Made by a program: the position numbers and the translations under genes. The notes beneath the pieces were generated by a model. The model did no database searches and was not told the DNA's origin. It saw nothing but the letters and a program-made list of their open reading frames with translations. Below, in pieces: positions 11,102 to 20,048 of a stretch of 64,000 bases of DNA. This stretch comes from Piedraia hortae CBS 480.64. Its lineage: Eukaryota. The stretch is taken from NCBI GenBank assembly GCA_010093745.1, contig MU005967.1:248001-312000 (forward strand). Direction: 5' to 3'. Numbering within the stretch: the stretch's first letter is position 1; every line of letters begins with the position of its first letter.

Positions 11102-12666
11102 TCAGATGCCTTCAAAGCCTCCCTCGTCGCCATCTTCTGCGTCGGCTTCCCCTTCCTGAATCTCCTTTGCCAGCTCCTTCTCTCGCTCTCTTGCTTTTGC
11201 GGCTTCGGCGATTTCTTGGCGGTGCTTATTCATGGGATAGCGCATGGCCATTACACACTCGTCACGCATGCCGAGCAATGCCTGGATGCGGGCATGGAAT
11301 GCTTCGCTGGGCTCAGTTGTGCCATATGTGTCACGCTGAGATCTTGTCACCAGATGACCCCGCTCGTGATCCAGCCGGGCCTCAATGACTCCGTCCCGGA
11401 TGGCCTTTGCAGTAATGTACTCTGCACTCTCTTCACTATCCACCCCGAGACGTGTGCAAATGTCACGCAACGAGATGCGAGAGTACGACAGGGACAGCAT
11501 TCTGATCCCCGTCTTGATGACGTTCTGCCGAAGACGCAGAATAAGAGTGTAGGTGCCGTCGACCTTAAATTGAGCCTCGTTGACCGAGACGCACTTCAAA
11601 AACGACTGAAGATCACCAACGCGCACGGCTTGCACAAGCTTGAAGTATGGAAAGAGCGCAATTTCCAAGTTTGGCTGGCGGAAGATGGCGCGTTGAGGGA
11701 TATCGCCCATCAGTAGCTCCACGACCACGAGAAGTTTCATTGCCTGCCTGTAGAAGCCCACAGCCGATCCGGCGGTGGGAGACTTGCGTGTTGCCGATTC
11801 TAGCGTCTCATGGGCGTCAGAGTAGTTGAGCTGCACAGCGCGGATGCGGCCAAGATAGTACAGATAGCGGCACACTTGGCTATTGGAGGCGGTGCTGGGA
11901 AAATCTGTCTGGCGTACCAGTAGATCGGCAAGCGTGATATCGGCTGTGCTAATGTAGTTGCGCAGGAGCAGTACTGTCACGGCCGCCTGTGTGTCTGCAT
12001 CCTTGCGCAGAACGGCAGAGCGGAGTGCAGCGAGCAACTTTGGTCGCAGCTCCGTCGCGCGCGCGTGCTTTACCGGCGGCTTCGGGTCCAGTTGCTCGAA
12101 GAACAAGGCCAGGTAGAAGTATGCCTTGGCGCCCATGGCGTCCAGGCTGCGGCGGTTGAGACTGCGGATCTGGTCTACAAAGTCGCTGCTAAACTGCGCG
12201 CCTTTCTCAAACTGCTGGCTGTCGTACAGATAGACTTGCACCAACAGTCCCAGGTACGCCCACACCTCGACCATCTCTGCCACATCGGGTACGGATTGCG
12301 TAGGTGTACTCGCACCCGACTGGTCGCCCACCGCATCGGCCGGTAGCATCTCTTCTAGCTTCTGTCGTGCGGCGCTCCGGGGCTTAGGAAAGGCGATGCG
12401 GATACCGGCGGCGAGAGCATTGGGAAAATCGGGCGCCTTCCGTACCGTTGATATGCTCCGCAGGGCGCGCAGGGTAAAGCGGGGATCGAACGAGTTAATG
12501 GCGGCGTGTATCAGGCCAAAGCTGTTCAAAATGACTGCCCATTGTTAGCTGCGTCTGGGCGCCGCGCACTCAACTTACTGTGACTGGCCGTTACATCGGG
12601 CGCCGGGGCAACGGCCTCCTCATCCTTTTCCGTCTTGACCATATCTACCTCCATTTTGGTGGCCAT
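11102..12666 (-). CDS. RPN3: 26S proteasome lid subunit Rpn3 (PCI domain), intron 12535-12578
   Basis: RYLYYLGRIRAVQLNYS, LILRLRQNVIKTGIRMLSLSYSRISL, KAIRDGVIEA and YGTTEP..FHARI. Confidence 0.95.
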
Positions 12667-12715
12667 GACGTTGGTAGACGAACAGCCGTAAATATGGACG
12701 TTGCGGAGATAATGA

Positions 12716-12725
12716 ATCACGTGAT
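12716..12725. promoter_or_regulatory. E-box palindrome ATCACGTGAT in the 122-nt divergent RPN3/SPC34 promoter
   Basis: 10-bp palindrome with a CACGTG core, near the middle between two divergent ATGs. Confidence 0.35.
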
Positions 12726-12788
12726 GTGACGTTTGATTCATGTCACACGGCTGTGCAACCTTCTCTACGCAGTTGGAAACACGCAAAG

Positions 12789-13528
12789 ATGCCTTCAATA
12801 GAGTCTCATTTGGAGCAAATAGCCCGGTGTTCAGCATCGATAGCCGAACTGGACTTTTCCAACCCCAAGCCCTTTACCAATGCTCTACTAGCTCGTCACG
12901 ACATCACAGCTTTGATACGTGATACAGATGCCCATGAGCGAGCCCTGTTCCACCTCGCACCACCGGCTATCCGAACAACTGCCTCTGAATACCATAGCTC
13001 AGCCCCCGGACAACGGAGGGCAACAGTGTATCAAGCTCGTCAGCCCAAGAATAGAGCTGTGGCTGCTGTATTAGGAGGCGATCTCTATGCAAGAACACGG
13101 CGTATAACGAGCACGCAGCAAAAGAGCGGCGAGTGGGATGTGGAAGCCCTCCTGACCGGGGCGGAGAAGCTGGCTGCTGTTTAGTGAGTGTAATCTGTAC
13201 TGGGGAATAGTCGTTGCTAATCGCCAGCCCCACGCCAGGCTCATTTGAGAAGATCTCTTCTCTGCGGCAAAGGCACAAAACATTAGCCAAGAATATCGCA
13301 TACTACGAAGACCGCGTTGCCCGCAATCAAAACGAACTGCAGCTGATGAGTCGAAGTCAGGGCGAAGATGAAGGGGACACGGAAGACAATCCGTCAGACG
13401 AGCTCCAATTCACACAAGAAGACCTGATAGTAGAAGAAGAGAGTGTTAAGCAGTTGGAGCAGAGGAAGAAGGATTTGGAGCAGAGGATTGCGGAAATGTC
13501 CCGCGACCTCCAGGGGCTAGAGACATGA
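12789..13528 (+). CDS. SPC34: DASH/Dam1 complex subunit Spc34, intron 13184-13227
   Basis: HLEQI..SI..L.F..PKPFTNALL..HDITALIRDT..HERALF, LLTGAEKL..VYP and a C-terminal coiled coil. Confidence 0.85.
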
Positions 13529-13753
13529 CATAGAATCGGTACATCTTCTCTGCATCTGGAAGGTTTTCGAAGGCAATTTCTGAGATCTTGTGCATCTTCT
13601 TTGCATCTGGAACGTTGGCGAAAGCAAAAAGCCAAGCTCTGGCTGTGAGTTTGGCGGGGGCTAGGCGGGGTTCGGGTTTGGGTGAAGCGGAATGTGCCAT
13701 TCGGGGCTAGCGGCACTCCACTTCATCCCGACACCACGATCAACATACATACC

Positions 13754-15499
13754 ATGGCGCAACAAGGCTCGAAAATGACACAGCCGCCTCTCATCAAACC
13801 CCACATGATTGATCAGCTGCCCCATATAGATGCTGGCCAAAAGGTTGCGTACAAAACTGCTCTGACTCAGGCGTGGGAACAGGAGGCCAATTCTGCAAAT
13901 GGCAGCCCAGAGTGGACGGAAGCACACAACAAAATCAAACAACTTACACAGAAGATCATGTATGATATCACGCAATTCAAGAATAAGCCGCGGCCGGGCT
14001 CCGGTGCTGGGCCACAGCAAACGCCGCAGTCACGACCGCCGAGTTCGGGGACCATGGCTGGTCCATCCACCGCCGCTCCGGCCGGCGGCGTGCAGGCTCA
14101 GGCTGTGCCTCCGCCGCAGAAACAGACACCAGCTGCCCAGCTGTCGGCGCAGGGCCAGGGTCAGCTCTCCCAGATCCAAATACCTCCCCATCTGCCGAGC
14201 GGGAAAAAGCAGAGGATCCAGTTAATGGCCGTCCAGGCCCTTTTAAAGATTGAGAACAGCAAGCGTGCACTGCAGCAGCTTCAGAGCACCGGCCAGGCGG
14301 CCAACCCGAATATTGCCATGCAGGTAGAAGCCACGAAGAAGTCAAAGGCCGAGGGGGAGGCAACGTGGAAGCAGCTTATGAGCGAATACGGACGTCCGCA
14401 AACGGGACAGCCACAACCGATGCAACGTCAAGCCAGCGGTGAAAGAAACGCGTCGGCCTCGCCACTACAGCAGGCGGCGTTTGTTCAGCAAGCTAGAGGT
14501 CTTCCACAGCAACAGGCACAACAACAACAACAGCAACAGCAACAACAACAACAACAACAGCAACAGCAACAACAACAACAGCAACAGCAACAGCAACAGC
14601 AACAACAACAACAACAACAACAACAGCAACAGCCGCAACACGCGTCACATCCGCCACACATGGGACAGATGCAACAGAACTTTGCACACGTCAACCAACA
14701 ACGACCACCGTCGTCACAACCGCCGCAGCAGGCCACAATGGCCTCGAACAACGTGCAGTCGGGGCAGCCTTTGCAGCGCCCACAGTCTCTAACTCAGCAG
14801 GCAGCCATGGCCCAGGCCGCCTCGGCCCATGTCCACCAGGGCCAGCAGCAGAAGGTTGGCCAGTTCGCGGGCCAGCAGCCTGGACAGCTGCCCATGTCGA
14901 ATGTGACTTTCAATCAGCCAGCCTCTGCCGTGCAGCCGCAGAGCGCGTTCCCACCCTCGTCTTTACCGGCCGGCGGTGCTTCTAATGCGCGTGCTCCGCT
15001 CACCAAGTCGATCATGATTGACCCTCGGCTGCAGCAGCCGGCTCCAGGTCCGGCGCCGCGTCCTTCCCTCGGCGTTACGGGCATGATGCATCAGCCGGGC
15101 CACGTGCGCCCGCCTCCCTTCAACCTTGAGGGCGAGGGCGATCGAGTGCTGAGCAAGCGCAAACTGGACGATCTGGTGCGCCAGGTTACCGGGGCCCAGG
15201 AAGGCGCTGGCCTCACGCCCGAAGTCGAGGATCTGGTTCTCCAGTACGCCGACGACTTTGTCGACGACGTCATCACCCAGGCCTGTCGCCTTGCTAAGCT
15301 CAAACCGAATCCGGTCCTCGATATCAAAGACGTGCAGCTCGTGCTCGAGCGCAACTACGGGATCCGTATCCCCGGCTACACCCTCGATGAAGTTCGTACC
15401 GTTAAGCGTTTCCAGCCTGCTCCTGGCTGGCAGAACAAGATGCAGGCTATTCAAACGGCAAAGACTCTGGGTGGAATCGCCAAGCAGGATAGTCAGTAG
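13754..15499 (+). CDS. TAF12: TFIID/SAGA subunit Taf12 (C-terminal histone fold)
   Basis: VLSKRKLDDLVRQV...ADDFVDDVITQACRLAKL...DVQLVLERNYGIRIPGY, with a Q-rich N-terminus. Confidence 0.93.
   Translation: MAQQGSKMTQPPLIKPHMIDQLPHIDAGQKVAYKTALTQAWEQEANSANGSPEWTEAHNKIKQLTQKIMYDITQFKNKPRPGSGAGPQQTPQSRPPSSGTMAGPSTAAPAGGVQAQAVPPPQKQTPAAQLSAQGQGQLSQIQIPPHLPSGKKQRIQLMAVQALLKIENSKRALQQLQSTGQAANPNIAMQVEATKKSKAEGEATWKQLMSEYGRPQTGQPQPMQRQASGERNASASPLQQAAFVQQARGLPQQQAQQQQQQQQQQQQQQQQQQQQQQQQQQQQQQQQQQQQQQPQHASHPPHMGQMQQNFAHVNQQRPPSSQPPQQATMASNNVQSGQPLQRPQSLTQQAAMAQAASAHVHQGQQQKVGQFAGQQPGQLPMSNVTFNQPASAVQPQSAFPPSSLPAGGASNARAPLTKSIMIDPRLQQPAPGPAPRPSLGVTGMMHQPGHVRPPPFNLEGEGDRVLSKRKLDDLVRQVTGAQEGAGLTPEVEDLVLQYADDFVDDVITQACRLAKLKPNPVLDIKDVQLVLERNYGIRIPGYTLDEVRTVKRFQPAPGWQNKMQAIQTAKTLGGIAKQDSQ
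14519..14632 (+). repeat. CAA/CAG trinucleotide repeat encoding 38 consecutive Gln in Taf12
   Basis: 114 nt of mixed CAA/CAG codons. Confidence 0.95.
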
Positions 15500-15624
15500 A
15501 GACTGTGTAATACTACGACATCCTACCATGTATCTGTATCATACAATTCTCTCGCGAGCAGAATAATCGATAATGTACGATTCTACCATCCTAATCCCTG
15601 TACCCTCTCCTCGCGAAGTTGTAT

Positions 15625-16737
15625 CTAAAGCCTAACGATCGGCCACCTCCCAACAACATCCCTCTTGACCATTCCCTTCCCCGGCCCATCAACCGTCCCC
15701 ACCTCTGTCTGAAATACCTTGACACCCCCAATTTCCCAATACGCCTCCTTGAGCAAATCGGGCCTTTTCTTCACAAACTCCTCACACGTCGCGAAGCCCG
15801 TCTGCGTCGCACACGAAGTCTGATTCCACACGTTCCCGGCCCACTCGCCACACAGATCGGTGTTAATCGTGATCGCCTGCGCGGAGAATTTCTTCGCGTA
15901 ATCGCAGTCGTTCCCCGCGAAGCGAGCCAATGGCTGAGCCGTCCAGGAGCTTGGGTCAGGCGAGCCGGAAGCGAGGTCATTTGGAACGAGATTGTGAGGG
16001 AAGAGATAGATGTTAATCCCCTTTGCGGTCCAGTGCATCGCGTAAACACCTCCGCCTGCGGCGTTGAATGCTGATCCCGCGGTTGGGTGGGAGACGCCTC
16101 CAGCGAGGTTGGCCTGCTCGGGCGCAGAGATTCCGCAGCCGGCGTTGTTGTTTTTCAGGCCGTCGCAGTCGGAGATGGAGCCGAGACGACCTAGCATGGG
16201 AGTTGATGTTTCGTTGGAGACACTGCAGCCCGCACTGGTGTGAAGCGTCATGCTGTTGAATTGGTTGTCGTTTACGCCCTCGATGATGTCGATTTCGCCG
16301 CTGTGGGGCCAGTTGTCTCCGGTCATCCAGAGCGCGCCCCAGGTGCCGCATACGCCGAGCGGCATGTGGCGGATGTCGGCGACGACGAGGGCGCCGTTGG
16401 AGTACTTGTTGTAGCTTGTTATGCGGGTGCTTTTGCGACCTGAGGAGGTGAGGTTTGTGCTCGAGTGGTCGACACCAAGGTAAGCGGTTGAGGCGGAGTT
16501 GGTGGAGTTAAAGATATAGCCTGCCAGCTTCTCATGTTGTGCCACGCTGGTGTTCACATATCGTACATAGCCCTGGGTCGGGTCCGTGATGCTCTCGAAT
16601 TTGAATCCGGAGAAGAAATCCGTACCGGAATGATCGGATACTAGAGTGTAGACGCCTTCGGAAGAGGACGAGGTCGGTGTAGGCGCTGCAACGACCTTCT
16701 GCAGTAACAGAACAGTGACCAGCGCTGTAGTGAACAT
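15625..16737 (-). CDS. Secreted GH16 endo-1,3(4)-beta-glucanase (Lam16A-like)
   Basis: Signal peptide, DPTQGYVRYV, CGTWGALW, WPHSGEIDIIEG (ExDxxE catalytic motif) and INTDLCGEWAG. Confidence 0.92.
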   Translation of the reverse strand: MFTTALVTVLLLQKVVAAPTPTSSSSEGVYTLVSDHSGTDFFSGFKFESITDPTQGYVRYVNTSVAQHEKLAGYIFNSTNSASTAYLGVDHSSTNLTSSGRKSTRITSYNKYSNGALVVADIRHMPLGVCGTWGALWMTGDNWPHSGEIDIIEGVNDNQFNSMTLHTSAGCSVSNETSTPMLGRLGSISDCDGLKNNNAGCGISAPEQANLAGGVSHPTAGSAFNAAGGGVYAMHWTAKGINIYLFPHNLVPNDLASGSPDPSSWTAQPLARFAGNDCDYAKKFSAQAITINTDLCGEWAGNVWNQTSCATQTGFATCEEFVKKRPDLLKEAYWEIGGVKVFQTEVGTVDGPGKGMVKRDVVGRWPIVRL

Positions 16738-17068
16738 GATGAAGAGTTGCCGAACGAATGCTGATGGCAATGAGAGTTGCTGATTGAAAAAAGAGTAGAG
16801 CTTGGGCAGAGAAGAATCTTGCTGTGCAAAGAAGTGTCGCTGAAAAACAATGGTCAGTTGGTGGAAATGAATGAAATTCCCTTGAGTAAAGGACAGTCTT
16901 CTCCTGGAAGTCAACGGTGAATGGGAGAGGGAAGATTAAGAGCACAAGCTCCATTTCATATTCACCCTGCTCCAAGCGCCACAGTCAATCTTACACTACC
17001 TAGACCATGTGTCTGTATGTGCCATGGTATGTCTGAGACTGAACCGCTGGCATTATTAATAGCTTGCC

Positions 17069-18957
17069 TCACAAGCGACCCTCCTGTTGGGCTTCTTTCA
17101 CCTGCTCAAACACCTAACCGCCCACCGTTAGTTAAGCGCCAAGAAAATCACGTGACTCACCTTCAGCAATTTCGTGCGCGCGCCTTTGGCCGCCACTCCG
17201 CGCTTCTCCAGTCCCGCGTCATCCAGTTGAATCAGGTCTTTCCAGTCCATATCCTTGAGGTTATCTGTGTACTTGTGTAATCTCAGGCTCCGGAGCCAGT
17301 TAGGAATGTCCTTCAGTAGCTGGGGGTCTGTTGGATCATCTGGGGGTTTAGATCCGCCACGACGGCCTCTTGGAGAGCGGCCTCGCTGGATCTCGGACGG
17401 GTCGGAAATGTAGCCCTCACCCATGCCGTTGAGGCCAAAGCCGGCAGCTGCTAAAGGCATCGCGGGCGTGAGACATCCCATCTGGTCGTAAGTAGAAAGA
17501 AAGCCATTGTTCTGCTGCATGGGCAGACCATAGCCGGGCACAGCACCGGTGGGTCCCGTAATGGCAATGCCCGGGGAATTAGGTCGCGAGCGTTGGCTCT
17601 GCATTGAGGCCATCTGCTGCTGCTGCAGGACCGCCGTCTGCTGTGGAGTGAGGAGCTGACCGAATTCGTTGGTCATCATGATATTAGAAGGCACATTCTG
17701 CTGACCGAGCTGGGCCTCTGTAGAACGAGGACGGCGGAACTTGCGCACATCGTCCAGCTGGATGCGGTTATTCACCGTGGACATTGCCGCAAGCTTCATA
17801 GCCGTTGCGTTGGCCACCATATCGGCCTGCGATGCGCCCTGGTTGATGGCAAAATTAGGTACCATGGGCGTGTTCATGGCCGAAGCCCAGCTGCCGCCAA
17901 GGTTAGGAGAAAGGATGTTGCTGCCCAACGGCCGACTGTCATTAGCAGTAATAGTCGTGTGTTGAATATTATTATCGCTGGAGAGCGAAAATGGTCTGGC
18001 CGACCGCAGGCCGGCTGAGAGCGGCGGCTGATGGCCGAATTGGCCCATGGGTGTAGGCGGAGCCTGCTGACTTGAAGACGATTTTGGACGGGAAATGGGT
18101 GGCTGCATATCAGTCCCAGCGCGCCATGGCCCTTCAGGTATGCTGGCATTGCCCTTCTTCTGCGCATCGTCGAGCGCGGACACACCGAGAGCGAGCCGGT
18201 CGCCCACGGCCCCGTTGCGGCCCGATAGCGGAGCAGAGCCCGTAGTCTTCTCAAACTCGGCCTTCTGGTCCTCAATGGCGTTGGCCGCATCGGGAAACAT
18301 AGTCTTGATGGTGTTGGGATCCAGCCCAGAGTTGCGTTTGGCGCCGGGCGATGGCGGCGGTTTGCTGAAGCCGAACGAGCCGCGCGATCCCTCGACACTC
18401 AGCTTATTCATGGCATCCGTCAACCGGGCCGACATGGGTTCGCGTTCGCTGAACACGGCCGGCGACAGTACACCAGCCATCGGGTGGTTCTTGGCCATTT
18501 GCTGAAGCACCTGAATGAAGAAGCGAATCTGAACCTGCGTCGTCTGTTGGAGCAGTGCGTACAAGGCGGCGGTGCGCTCTGGTTCGCTCAGCACGCGGAA
18601 CCACTGCTCAATAGCGCTTAGCTCGTCTTTGAAGTCCTGATCCAGCGTTGCTGCTGCCATTTCCTCCAGTGTTGTTTGGTACTGCTCAATGTCGGCGATC
18701 CACTGCTGCGCCATCTTCTCACCCGCATCGTCGACATGGCCTAGCGACGCACCCTGTTGCAGGTGGTTTAGGTAGATCTCCGACGCCGGCCGGATGCCAC
18801 GGTTAGCGAGCGAAGACGAGGCGCTGAATGCACCCATATCGGCCGACGCCCGCAACTGGTGGCCGGACCCCAGCCCAGAGCGCGGCGGCCGTAGCGTCGA
18901 CGTCGAGCCAGACGCGGCCGAGATACTGTTGCGGTCGCCCATGTCGGACGTTACCAT
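17069..18957 (-). CDS. VTS1: SAM-domain RNA-binding protein Vts1/Smaug, terminal intron 17114-17160
   Basis: [28 protein letters not shown] and SAM domain [17 protein letters not shown]. Last exon [14 protein letters not shown]. Confidence 0.92.
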
Positions 18958-19225
18958 TAATGAAGTCAGTGTGGAGCCAACCAGCAGCTGGGAGCAAAAA
19001 TTGCCGTAAGCGGCACACGAGGAACTGTTACGGCGCCAAAAAAGATGCGCCCAACGTCTTGGAGGCGGAAACAGTGAAAAAAAAGGACAAAAAGGGGACT
19101 TGTTGTGCGACTCGTGTGGATCTCGTTGAATTCGGTAGTCACGTGTTGGCCTGTGCGAGGGTCAAACGTGTGACGAAGTTTCTATTCTGGGTGATTCACT
19201 GCGGGGCATCGCCCCATTCATCGAC

Positions 19226-20032
19226 ATGATTCGTTTGCTGACCATACCGGCGTCGGCTTTACCCGCTCACCATGACCTTGCCTCGTCGAGTCAGCAGCCT
19301 GACGCCTTCGCTGAGTTGCTGTTGCATGAGGCAGAAGAGTTTATGAAGGATTTTGTTTCGAGCAAATTCCGCCTTGTGGGCAGTAGACAGTCACCGCCAG
19401 CTGATGCAACTGTCGAGCTGGGAACATACGAAAGGGGCGGAGATGGTGTTCCGCGTGAAATCTGGTTTGCTTGTACCAGTGTGCACGTAAATTCTGCTGC
19501 GTCAGGGACTGCCAGTTGGGATGAGTTCAACGCCGGCCTGCGTGAGAACCATAGTCGGCACGAGATGCAGTACACCCCCAATGTCACAGATGCCCACGAA
19601 GTGCTTGTCTGGGACTCCCAGCTGCTAAGTCAGAGCATTGGTGACTGGGATCAGATTGACATGCGTATCATGGAGATGATGCATCGCCTTCCACCTCCTC
19701 TCTCACGCCGTGTGTTTCCTGTGCTTGTGCTAACTGCCACACGTCGGGAGGGGAACGCTTTTCTGGTTGTCCAAATACCGGTAGACGTGAAGCATTTGCC
19801 ACAAGCCAAGCACACCAAGAGCCCAAACACTGTGACGGCCATGTATACATCTGTTGAACGAGGCGAGTTGATTGACAACGGTGCCCGCGTACGATGGCAG
19901 ATGGCCACGGCTAGTGATGCCAAAGGCAACTTGCCCATGAGCATTCAGAAAATGGGTGTTCCGGGTGCCATTGTAAAAGACGTAGGCCTATTCATTGACT
20001 GGGTTTCCAAGCAGAGGCATCAGATGCATTAG
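19226..20032 (+). CDS. Fungal START-like/DUF3074-type protein
   Basis: WFA..SVH...GTASWDEF..GLRENHS.HEMQYTP, YTSVE and WQMATASDAKGNLP..IQK.GVPGAIVKDV..FIDW. Confidence 0.75.
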   Translation: MIRLLTIPASALPAHHDLASSSQQPDAFAELLLHEAEEFMKDFVSSKFRLVGSRQSPPADATVELGTYERGGDGVPREIWFACTSVHVNSAASGTASWDEFNAGLRENHSRHEMQYTPNVTDAHEVLVWDSQLLSQSIGDWDQIDMRIMEMMHRLPPPLSRRVFPVLVLTATRREGNAFLVVQIPVDVKHLPQAKHTKSPNTVTAMYTSVERGELIDNGARVRWQMATASDAKGNLPMSIQKMGVPGAIVKDVGLFIDWVSKQRHQMH

Positions 20033-20048
20033 ATACGTGTTTTACATC

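Noticed and set aside
11030..11716. 228-aa plus-strand ORF and similar long antisense ORFs (5139-5681, 36643-37287, 53443-54117, 55242-55943)
   Set aside because: They are shadows of well-supported genes on the opposite strand and show no family motifs.
14485..14751. Poly-Cys ORF, plus overlapping poly-Val/Ala and poly-Asn ORFs
   Set aside because: These are alternative-frame or antisense readings of the Taf12 CAA/CAG repeat.
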